NCBI GenBank assembly: GCA_002269645.1
Contig: NIVC01005210.1
Coordinates: 1-21,120 of the forward strand
Reading direction: 5' to 3'
DNA length: 21,120 nucleotides
DNA from: Macrostomum lignano
Taxonomy: Eukaryota
The notes under the pieces are model-generated. The model was not told the origin of the DNA. It worked only from the letters and a program-made list of their open reading frames with translations, and did no database searches. Position numbers and translations under genes: made by a program. Of this stretch, positions 1 through 9,017 are shown piece by piece. The number at the start of each line of letters is the position of its first letter. Position 1 is the first letter of the stretch.

Positions 1-30
1 TAAACTTCAGCGTCAACAGGGACCTGCGGA

Positions 31-1523
31 ATGAACTATAGAGTTTCGCTTCGAGCTCGACTAGTCCAGATGGCACAATGTCGCCAGCAGGCGGATTACA
101 ACTACGCAGGACATTTTGTGTTCGATATTGACCTGTTCAGCTTGGGTAGAACGAATCTCTATTCGGCAATCCCACTATTCGGCGCAGTACCGTCCAGGCC
201 TTTCTCACTGCTCAGCTTTCTCCGACGTGCATCGCTCGGAAGAACTGGCATCGTCCTGCTGCTGCTTGGCCTCATGGCTGTTTTTGGTTGGCTGACTGTT
301 TTTGCCATACCAGATTGATCGGATGACTTCGCAGGATTCGGAAGAGATCATGCCTCTGTTTAACGAACCCCAGTTTTTGCATCCTCGTTCAATTGAAGAG
401 CCTGTCGAGCCCGGCCAAGATAGCGATATTGCTGTGGTCGTGCTGGCCGCCAAGAGGCCAGAAGTGCACCAGCTGGTGCACCAGCTGGTAGCCAGAAGCC
501 GCAGCGAGGATTCCGCATCCTGGTTTCGCTGGATGGTGCAGAAAAGCAAACGACAGCTATTTTGCAGCAGATCGAATCTTCCGAAGTTCGATTGCTGCGT
601 TTAACGAACGACAAGAGCCGCAGTTTTACTGGTTCGAGCTCGAGCGACAGCTACGCAAAGATTTCGCGGCATTATCTTCGCGTGTTGGACCATGTACTGA
701 TGAAGCTGAACTTCTCGCATGCCGTACTGTTGGAGGACGATTTGCTGATTGCGCCGGACTTTTATCAGTACTTTCGCTCGCTGCGAAGAGCGCTGGACAC
801 CGACGAAAGCATCTTCTGTGTATCGGCTTGGAACGACAACGGCCAGATCAGCCTCGTGACCAAGGACCCGCAGCTGCTGCACCGGACTGACTTCTTCCCG
901 GGTCTCGGCTGGATGATCAACCAGCGTCACTGGCTGCGGGTCAGGAAAGTTTGGCCCAAGACTCAATATGACGACTTTCTGAGGCTCTACATGCTGAAGA
1001 ACGGCCTTGTTTGCGTGCGTCCCGAGCTGTCCCGCACGTTCAACATCGGCCGGAGCGGTGGCCGAAACTGCCAGCTCAGTAGTAGATACACTTACAGCTC
1101 GAAGTTTTACCACAACTACCTGAGTCGCATGGCACTGAACAGGTTCAACGTCACTCTGACCAAGAGCGCCGTCGACAAGGTGATTGGTCGCCTCGGCTGA
1201 TCAGGAACTGGATAAGTTTGCTCGAAGCCTGCCAGCTATGAACGTGTCACAACTGTTGTCGAGTTCGAGGTTACCGTCGGCAGTGCGTCTTCGCTACGCT
1301 ACAGCGGGCGAGTTTATCGCTCTGGCGCTGGGCATTGGCGCCATACCGGAGGTTTGGTTCGGCGCGCGCGCGCGCCTCTATCCTTGGCATCTCGACGGTT
1401 TCAGTGCGCGGCAGTCGCGTCTACATCGTTCCGGACAGACGGCTGCCAATTAATAAAAAGATTTTCATACCGACTATGCCATTGTTGAGTACCTCAAAGT
1501 CGCGCAGTTTTTTATTCTTGTGA
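31..1523 (+). CDS. MGAT1: Alpha-1,3-mannosyl-glycoprotein beta-1,2-N-acetylglucosaminyltransferase (GnT-I, GT13 family); frame broken at about 4 sites in this sequence; true start and stop uncertain
   Basis: Joining frames gives a type II TM anchor (GIVLLLLGLMAVFGWLTV), stem, IAVVVLAAKRP, FRILVSLDG, YAKISRHY, LLEDDLLIAPDFYQYF (EDD motif), CVSAWNDNG, RTDFFPGLGW, WPKTQYDDFLR, CVRPELSRT and a C-terminal VRLRY...F.ALA.GIG / SVRGSRVYIVP. These are the MGAT1 motifs in the right order. Frame switches at T5 299-303, GG 508-509, GG 1195-1196 and (GC)7 1362-1375. AATAAA at 1452-1457, so the stop may be TAA at 1451-1453. Confidence 0.88.
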
Positions 1524-2310
1524 GCTTCTGAGCACCATTGCCATAAAGTTGATTCCATGTTAAATTGCTGTTTTGACAATGAAAAAATGCTAAGAATTGT
1601 TTCTGATTTGCTGCGCCATGCAATTGCGGCATTTGAATAACCTGCCACCCTCTCCATCAGCTTCTCTCAGCTGTTCAAGAGATCCCCTTCCTAAATAACA
1701 CCTATCCTGTTTTTATATAAAATATTGCGTCACTACAGCCATGTGTAACCGCACGATCGGTTCTGCTGTCAAATTGCTCATGCTCAATAGACAAAGCACT
1801 TATTTCCATAAATTTAGATCTAATAGATAAAATATAGTCTGAATATTCGATGTCAACAAAATCTGTCAAAGTATTTTCTTTGAGACATTTCAGTACTGAT
1901 TTTTATTACGTAGAGAATGCTGTCTGTGTAACTATCTGTGCTGCAGATGTGCCTTTTTGCTTCATAGATTCCAAACTGACCCTTGATTTCCAATCGCTCT
2001 AACAATATTTCAATATACGAGTACTTCAGCGGCTTTTTAAATTATAACTCGAGCGCCAATGCTTCCGAATCCCGTCTGGTAAATTAATTTTGAATTTTGC
2101 GCGCGCCGGGATGTTAGATCTTATTGATGCTTGTGTAACGACCGAATCCCAAATTAAGGCGGTGTGTGAAATTGAGACATACGTTGCGTCTTTTCGTTCG
2201 TCTCAGTCATACCGCGAGTCCTTGTCGTTTCCAGTAATAATAATAAAATTTGATTACACCTGCCTCAATCGGCAGACGTGCAACCGACAGCTCAGCCGCA
2301 GCTATTGCGC

Positions 2311-2506
2311 AGGCTGCGTACGGCTGTTCAGTCCAAGGACTGGATGGGTCACCACACACACCCTTAGTTACCCCGCTAATGCTGGCACCCATTTCACTGC
2401 TGGGTGAACTGAAGCAATGCAGAGTTAAGCGTCTTGCTCAAGGACACTAATTGCTCCTAGTGAGTCGAGAATCAAACCCCCGACTCCAATCACAAGGCTA
2501 CAACCC
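2311..2506 (-). mobile_element. tRNA-derived SINE, copy 1 (head partly deleted, Meta-like central domain best preserved)
   Basis: Minus strand reads GGGTTGTAGCC...GGGGGTTTGATTCTCG (degenerate B box), then GTGTCCTTGAGCAAGACGCTTAACTCTGCATTGCTTCAGTTCACCCAGCAGTGAAATGGGTGCCAGC, then a tail ending GGACTGAACAGCCGTACGCAGCC shared with the copy at 7100-7319. Confidence 0.85.
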
Positions 2507-2901
2507 AAGGGAAGCCTTGGAATGCAGTCGATGTTGCTTTGTCAAACCGCTCGGAGGCACGAGGAGAATCATACGGGCAAAGTCATCTTCTTACCGCATA
2601 CAAACTTACTCGAGTTTTACTAGTCACAGTTGGGAACTGCCTCCTAAGCCATAGGGAATTTGACAGGAAAGAAGAAAGAAAAAGAAGACAACGGAAGACT
2701 TGCTGGGATGCAACAATGGCAGGATTTTTGGTCTCTACTGAATAGAAGTTTATGCGATCGATGCTGCAAACGGAAAGAACATTGTTTTTTGCTAGGAAGT
2801 TGCTTCGACCGACGCAATACAGGAAACACAGACGCCTAGCGAGAAGGCTTTTCTTAAACAATTAACGCGGTAAGAAGGGAGTAACTGCATTTGAATAAAG
2901 T

Positions 2902-2907
2902 TATAAA
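2902..2907 (+). promoter_or_regulatory. Candidate TATA box of lectin copy 1
   Basis: TATAAA about 50 nt upstream of ATG 2957, in AT-rich context. Motif match only. Confidence 0.35.
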
Positions 2908-2956
2908 TAAAGCAAGATGAGACTGATGAAATTTCGCTTTTGCGCTAAGTCCTGGC

Positions 2957-3700
2957 ATGACGGTTCGTACCACTACTTTGGTTGCTGTCGTCTTGGCGGT
3001 TTGCCTTGGATCTCTGCCTCCACTGCTTGCTCTGCTGTCGTGCCCTTCTCCATTCTACCTCGAGGCGGGCAAGTGCGTGTTCGTCAACACAGCGCACAGC
3101 TACACATGGTGCGAGGCCAACCGAATCTGTGCCTCCATAGGCGGTGAGTTGGTCAACTCGTACGAGTCCGTGAAGCTGGTGGTTCGCAGAAACATTTCGA
3201 GTGACAACCGCGGCTGCCAGTTGTGGGTCGGACTGAGCGACCTGGCAGATGAGAGAGGCACTAGCAGGGCTGGCTGGCAGAGAATAAACAGCAAAGGCCT
3301 GTTTCCGGAAGACCACAGTTTGTTCTATCCAGGCGAGCCAGGTGGGGACAACTGCCTACGCAGCTTAAACGATAGCGGCCTTGCTGACAGATCCTGCAAC
3401 CATCGCTACGGTTTTGTCTGCGAGTTTTCTAACGAGCCGACTACATGGACATCCACTTCTGGCTTTTGGAAGCTTGATAATTTCAAGCGCATGCAGTACA
3501 ACTCCGATTACTGTTTCACTGATGTGACGGATGTGAGCGGCGCTATTAGATGCACAGCTGCCGCCATGCGAAATGGAAACTGCAGACACGTGCTGTACAA
3601 CAGCAAGCTGAGAGCCTGCCGCCTGCTGCTGTTCACCGACGCTCAGGTGAAGGAGGAGATCGAGACGAGCGCCGACTGGGTCAAGTATCGACTCAACTAA
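2957..3700 (+). CDS. Secreted C-type lectin domain + PAN/apple-like domain protein, 247 aa, single exon (copy 1)
   Basis: Hydrophobic signal peptide; CTLD motifs CPSPF...KC, TWCEANRICASIGGELV, LWVGLSD, GEPGGDNC, D.SC...GFVCE; C-terminal CF...C....(A)...C..VLYN....C.L typical of PAN. Intact ORF; AATAAA at 3776-3781. Confidence 0.9.
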   Translation: MTVRTTTLVAVVLAVCLGSLPPLLALLSCPSPFYLEAGKCVFVNTAHSYTWCEANRICASIGGELVNSYESVKLVVRRNISSDNRGCQLWVGLSDLADERGTSRAGWQRINSKGLFPEDHSLFYPGEPGGDNCLRSLNDSGLADRSCNHRYGFVCEFSNEPTTWTSTSGFWKLDNFKRMQYNSDYCFTDVTDVSGAIRCTAAAMRNGNCRHVLYNSKLRACRLLLFTDAQVKEEIETSADWVKYRLN

Positions 3701-4231
3701 ATTGAAGAGACTTTTGACAGTGCAAGAAATCGATTTGGAATGGTCCTCTAAAATAGAAACTTTCCTGTTAAGATTAATAAAACACAAGCTCCGTGGTTCG
3801 GTCTATTCTCTGGCATTCTATCAAGCAAATTAAGCGAATCTTGTTATCGTCTGAGTCATTTAACAGGGCCTGTTTTGTTCTGTTGAGCTGCATGACTGAT
3901 TTTTCTGTTCTCATGGCCAACTGGCTGAGTTTCATGAGCCCATTGTGCTACAAAAGACATTTTAGACTTCGAGGCTTGTCAAGGTCTTTTTTCTAATGAT
4001 GAGGCGCCTAATTTAAGCCAATCTCGTGTGAAAGTTTCGCAGCAGATGTGAGTTCTCCCAAGAAGGGGAGAACTGGAAATCAAACCAGACACAACCTCTG
4101 CAAACACCACAATTGCCATTCGTGTTTAAGGGGCTTCCAATATATGAAAAACTCCACCATGCGCATGCTAGAAGCCTCCTTTTTACCTGCCTAATTAGCT
4201 AGTTAGGAATTTTGCCCCGGAATTCTGCGCA

Positions 4232-4237
4232 TATAAA
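4232..4237 (+). promoter_or_regulatory. Candidate TATA box of lectin copy 2
   Basis: TATAAA about 80 nt upstream of ATG 4317. Motif match only. Confidence 0.35.
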
Positions 4238-4316
4238 GCGACAGGCAAAGATGCGATTAGCGCCAGGCTTGCTCAGCCTCTCGCAGAATCGTTAAAAAAT
4301 TTGGCTTGTCAAGCAA

Positions 4317-5019
4317 ATGCTCCTACTGCTCCTGTTCCACCTGTGCAGCCAGCCTGTGTTGCTATGGGCTCAACCATGCTCAGCTCCATTCAAACTCGAG
4401 GCAGAAAAATGCCTGTTCGTGAGCACAGCTCAGAGTCACAGCTGGTGCGAGGCCAACCGGCAGTGCGCCGCGATCGGAGGCGAGCTGGTCAACTCGTACA
4501 GCTCTCTGCAGCTGCTGGCTAGCAATGAAGTTTCGAGCGCCAACTGCAACCTGTGGGTTGGAGTAAGCGACCTGCCGGATGAAAGAGGCCACAGCAGGTA
4601 CGGCTGGCAGAGGGTGAATGGCAGAGGACAATTCCTTGTTCAAGTCGGGTGAGCCGAGCGGAGACGACTGCCTGCGACTGTCCGATACCTCCGGCCGACT
4701 TGCCGACACATCCTGCAGCTTTTCTGCCGGGTTTGTCTGCGAGTTTGCTAGCGAGACGAGCGTCCGAAAGCCGTCTGTCGCCATCTGGAGAGCCGCTGAG
4801 TTCAAGCGAGTGCAGTACAACTCCAAGTACTGCTTCGAAGACGTGACGGACGTGAGCAGCGCTGTCGAGTGCACAGCGGCCGCCATGCGAAATGGAAACT
4901 GCAGACACGTGCTGTACAACAGCAAGCTGAGAGCCTGCCGCCTGCTGCTGTTCACCGACGCTCAGGTGGAGGCGAAGATCGAGACGAGCGCCGACTGGGT
5001 CAAGTTCTGTCTCTACTAA
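4317..5019 (+). pseudogene. C-type lectin + PAN/apple paralog (copy 2), frameshifted by an apparent 14-nt deletion at 4624-4635
   Basis: ORFs 4317-4652 (signal peptide, SWCEANRQCAAIGGELV, LWVGVSD) and 4618-5019 (GEPSGDDC, GFVCEF, PAN-like tail) together are colinear with copy 1. It could be an intact gene if the deletion is an assembly collapse. Confidence 0.82.
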
Positions 5020-5883
5020 ATGAGTAGAAAATTTTCTGACTATGCGAGAAAAACATTGAAATTTGCATGTAGCTCCAACATGAGTGTGCAGTTCCACGTT
5101 GGGGACAAGTTGGCCTTGTGACCTTACTGAAAGCTTTACAAAGAGGAGAGGTAGATGAAGGTGCAAGAATGAGACCATGCGAGATGAGATCAGTTTTCGA
5201 AGTTTAGAGTAGGGTAAATAGCAAAGGAAGTTTTTTCTTGCAGAACTGCTTGTCAAAATACATTTATGGACTAAAAGAACGCCTGGTATGTAAGTCTGCC
5301 ATGCCCGAAATACCAGACAATTACTATAAAATTTCAAGCCTTCTCTCCATTTTTATTGCTAATATTTTAGTGATCAAACAAGCAACCTTTAAAGCAATCA
5401 GTTTTTAATAAAACCCAGCTAAAAATAGTACAGCGCACCTAATACACTACTTTACACGCTTCTTAAGTAGTGAACAGCTCGACACAATTACAACAGCAGA
5501 ATCTAAATCGACAGTTAAAACGGTAGTGTCCCTATGGCTAATTAATTGTCACACTGTCATATTGCTCCCTTTCTAAACAAGAAAAAATTATTAAATCCTC
5601 AGACCTATTTTTTGACTGCATCAAGCAGCATTTCTTTTTGATTTTCAATCCTTTTCAAGAACGAATTCGGCAACACCTCTGCATAGAAGAGACAAACCAC
5701 TGAAAATGTTTTAATCCCAGCAGATTAATTCTTTTGCAAAACGAATTTAAATGCCTGCTGGGGGTTGGGGTTGCAATTCTAAAAATATTTAGCCGTGCTC
5801 ACCCTTTGGCTTAAGCTTGCGTAGAGAAGAGCACAGCAAATTGGCTTGATTTTTCACACTGCCTAGGACTTGAAAACCAAAGC

Positions 5884-6213
5884 CCTCAGTTGCTGAGTCA
5901 GCCTCCCAGATCCTCAGTTGCTGGGCCAGCCTCCCAGATCCTCAGTTGCTGGGCCAGCCTCCCAGATCCTCAGTTGCTGGGCCAGCCTCCCAGATCCTCA
6001 GTTACTGAGCCAGCCTCCCAGATCCTCAGTTGCTGAGCCAGCCTCTCAGATCCTCAGTTGCTAGGCCACCAACCTCCCAGATCCTCAGTTCCTGTGCCAG
6101 CCTCCCAGATCCTCAGTTGCTGGGCCAGCCTCCCATGCAGATCTTCAGTTGCTGGGCCAGCCTCCCATGCAGATCTTCAGTTGCTGGGCAAGCCTCCCAG
6201 ATTCTCAGTTGCT
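5884..6213. repeat. 28-bp minisatellite, about 11.5 units, consensus CAGTTGCTGGGCCAGCCTCCCAGATCCT
   Basis: CAGTT recurs at 5887, 5915, 5943, 5971, 5999, 6027, 6055, 6086, 6114, 6146, 6178 and 6206. One 31-bp and two 32-bp variant units. No unique spacers. Confidence 0.97.
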
Positions 6214-6512
6214 TTGCCTACGTTGATTACGAGCTACAATAAAGCTACATGTAGTCACTGTTTAATCCAGAGATTAAGTGAGTCTGTAATACTAGGATTC
6301 AGTATGATTTCCTATACGACATTGGATGGTCCACTTTCGCATGATTTTAAGCTTTTCAAGTTAGCGATTCATCCGTGTTAATTATACCAGCAGTCTCTAT
6401 CGTGACTAATAACTGGTACCAAATGTAAGGCTCGGTTTTTTGTCTTTTCTCAAGCGCTGCAGACTTCGTTAGTTTTTTTATTACCTCGGGATTACGCCTC
6501 GGGATTACCTCG

Positions 6513-6610
6513 GAAGCAATGCAGAGTTAAGCGTGATCAAGGACACAGATTGTCCTTGAAAACCCCCGACCTTTCAAGTGGTGAATCCGACGCTCTAAGG
6601 CTACAACCCC
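6513..6610 (-). mobile_element. Truncated, degenerate copy of the same SINE (head plus start of the central domain)
   Basis: GAAGCAATGCAGAGTTAAGCGT..TCAAGGACAC matches 2411-2446. AACCCCCGACCTTTCA...TCCGACGCTCT..GGCTACAACCCC matches 7264-7319. Confidence 0.8.
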
Positions 6611-7099
6611 ATTCGATACCAATGCATTCTGTAAAATTACGCATGTTTAAAAAACGCTCATTAATTGCGCTTTTTGCCGCTTCAACCTACTTTAATACAT
6701 AAAATATTAACTTTAAAAAACTTGAAATTGAGTCATATCTTTCTGAAGCCAGCAGGCATTGAATATTATTTCATTGCAACATAGACGTTATGGACCAATG
6801 CATCCTGCCTGCCTGTCAAAGCGAATTTAGAATTTAGCAGTGGTTTCATCCAAGTTAGTCATCATCAATTTAAGTCAAGGAAAAGAAAAAGTACATTGTT
6901 GAGACTAATTCTGGTCGTTTGGGTGATCTATGACAGCTCTAAATTCGTTTGCAAAGTCAAAATCTTTACCGATGACGTAAGAGTCAGTTCAAACTTATTG
7001 TCGCAATTATTCAATGCTCGATTTTTATAATTTTAGAAAATTGCTTCAACTTTTTTGTCCGTAAACTAACGTTATCTCATCACTGAGCAGCGCATCTGA

Positions 7100-7319
7100 A
7101 GGCTGCGTACGGCTGTTCAGTCCAAGTACTAGGGGAGGTGGGTCGCTACACACCCCCAATTACCCCAGCTAATGCTGGCACCCATTTTACAGCTTAATTT
7201 TAGCAATGCAGTGTTAAGTGTCTTGCTGAAAGACACAAATTGTTTTAGTGGGTTCGGGAATCGAACCCCCGACCTTTCAGTCGTGAGTCCGACGCTCTGA
7301 CCACTAGGCTACAACCCCC
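7100..7319 (-). mobile_element. tRNA-derived SINE, copy with the best preserved Pol III head
   Basis: Minus strand GGGGGTTGTAGCCTAGTGGTCAGAGCGTCGGACTCACGACTGAAAGGTCGGGGGTTCGATTCCCGAACCC has an A box (TAGCCTAGTGG) and B box (GGTTCGATTCC). It is followed by GTGTCTTTCAGCAAGACACTTAACACTGCATTGC...GTAAAATGGGTGCCAGC and the shared tail. Confidence 0.9.
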
Positions 7320-7699
7320 TATATTATTGGACCAAGCAAAGCAGTGCAGGCAGTCATCCATCCTGTAAGGCAGGCAGGGATCACTATAGTCAGGCCAATA
7401 TACTCCACCCCAATTGAGACTTCCGAGCACCATTGGATAGGACAGATTGGCTTTGGGTAAGTCTGCAGTGCATGAGGAAATTTGCCAGAGAGGATTGAGA
7501 CCGAATGTCAGATGGGACTTCATATCCCGTTCCGCAATTCACACCCGCATGCTTGGCGGAGTCGCCCTTAACTAAGACAGACTGTGCCCGTTGGGGAATC
7601 GCATTGCTATAGGAAGAGTTGAGGAGATATTACAGGGGAGGGATATATGGGCAATAATACAGGACGCACGCCTCCATGCATATTATTGTAAAAAAAGTG

Positions 7700-8230
7700 T
7701 TGATGCGGGCTAGTCTTATGCAAGATATGCCACACATTTCCTCCTTGTATTTACGCTCGTATTCCTCCTCTAATTTTCATCACTTGCAGATGCTGATGGA
7801 GGATTTGACCTGCTGAGTGATTTGGAGACTGGAGAGGATCGGCTAGTTTGACATCCATACGGTTGAAAACAGTAAACATTAACTCCATGTCTGTTGGCAT
7901 GGCATTGACTATCAATGATTCGATAGATAAGCTCAATATTTTCTAGCCAATGAGACAGTGATGAAGAGTGAAGCTTTCAATTGAGCCTGAATACAAAAAA
8001 CCGCAAATAAGAATGCATCGATGTAGCTCGCATACCATCTGTTTGATCATGGCATTGTAATAAATCAATATTCTCAGGACGGTTGTACAGGCCATTCCAC
8101 TGACTCCTGAGCACATGTACAAGCGGGCCGATGCTGTACTGTACTATTGACTAATAAACGCGTTAAAAAGCGCAAACCTGCTTCATCCGTATAATTCGAA
8201 AAGCCCAGAAGCTGAGATATTTTCGCTTGC
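7700..8230 (-). other. Possible spliced coding fragment (decayed or mis-assembled gene), unidentified; outer limits approximate
   Basis: Two short GT-AG intron-like segments on the minus strand: 8134-8177 (44 nt) and 7987-8035 (49 nt, GTATGC...TTTTTTGTATTCAG). They flank a 98-nt segment with open frames. Downstream protein-like stretches (WLENIELIYRIIDSQC; LEEEYERKYKEEM) need frameshifts to join. Confidence 0.25.
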
Positions 8231-9017
8231 CTATTTCACTGTTACATTATTTCGGGAGGAAAGCCTCAAGGGAAATTTTCCTTCTTTTGCGAGTACAGCA
8301 TCCTATATTAGTTGCTTATGGTTTTCATAACTGAGAAGTCTTGGGGGTCCTCTTATTTGCAGTGGTTATCGGTCTTCTTCTTCGAGTATATCAGTCAGCT
8401 CTGAAGTCATGTCAGCCATTGAATAGTCTTGCCAATTGCCTGAGAAAGCTATCACTCAGTTTTTAATCTAGCAGAGACTGAGCTCTTCCTATTTAGCCGA
8501 GCTCCCGGACCAGCGACATTTTCGAGATCTGCTCAAGGCCTCGCCTTTCTCACTTTAATCTGCGCCAGGCGCCACTTCTAAACGTCCTTCGCTTGACTTT
8601 GTAGGAAAACCCGGCGAAGTACCTTAAACTTCACTTGTCTGCCAGCTCAAGCCCAATGAGACTCACTCTTTCCAAATACTGAAGTTAGGGTTGTTTAGAG
8701 GCCCTCCCCTTAGAAGCAGTAGCTTAGAACTTCTCAACGACATCTCAAGATTTCCGCTTGGAGGACTGGATCGATTTCGATCCGGCTTATCTAAGCTTGT
8801 AAGAGTTTAAAGCTCAGGATTGCCAGCTACAGTGCTGAGAGAGAAGCAGAGCAGAACTGAAAAACATTGTCACATCTCTCTTGTTTGTGAAAATAAAAGA
8901 CAACTTTATTGGCATCAAATTGGCGCGAAAAATTAGGTATTACATGTAGAATTCGTCGCAGAAACTGAGGCAAAAAGTTTTATACACATCCTCAGGAGAC
9001 CGTACAACCGCCGGATC

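Noticed and set aside
1180-1204. 25-nt GT-AG intron that would repair the MGAT1 frame
   Set aside because: Very short. Removing one G at 1195-1196 gives VDKVIGRLADQELDKFARSL, which matches the length of the GnT-I segment better.
601-5337. Antisense ORFs over MGAT1 and the lectin genes (601-1113, 2945-3316, 3365-3787, 4380-4955, 4519-5337)
   Set aside because: Shadow ORFs of GC-rich coding sequence with no recognisable motifs.
5884-6381. ORFs 6030-6242 and 6058-6381
   Set aside because: Derived from the 28-bp minisatellite and its flank; no coding signal.
7245-7319. Possible tRNA gene (A and B boxes, CAC in the anticodon loop)
   Set aside because: The acceptor and anticodon stems are imperfect, and the sequence runs directly into a SINE body found three times in the window.
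7440-7600. Self-cleaving ribozyme (HDV-like, twister or hammerhead)
   Set aside because: Partial look-alikes (TCCTCTC loop, GGTCTCAATCC) lack the required flanking helices and P1.1 GG, and no CTGANGA/GAAA core is present. Left as an unexplained block pending cmscan.
8330-8800. Decayed retrotransposon gag on the minus strand
   Set aside because: Stop density in the best frame is about what random sequence gives, and no zinc knuckle, protease motif or LTR is visible.
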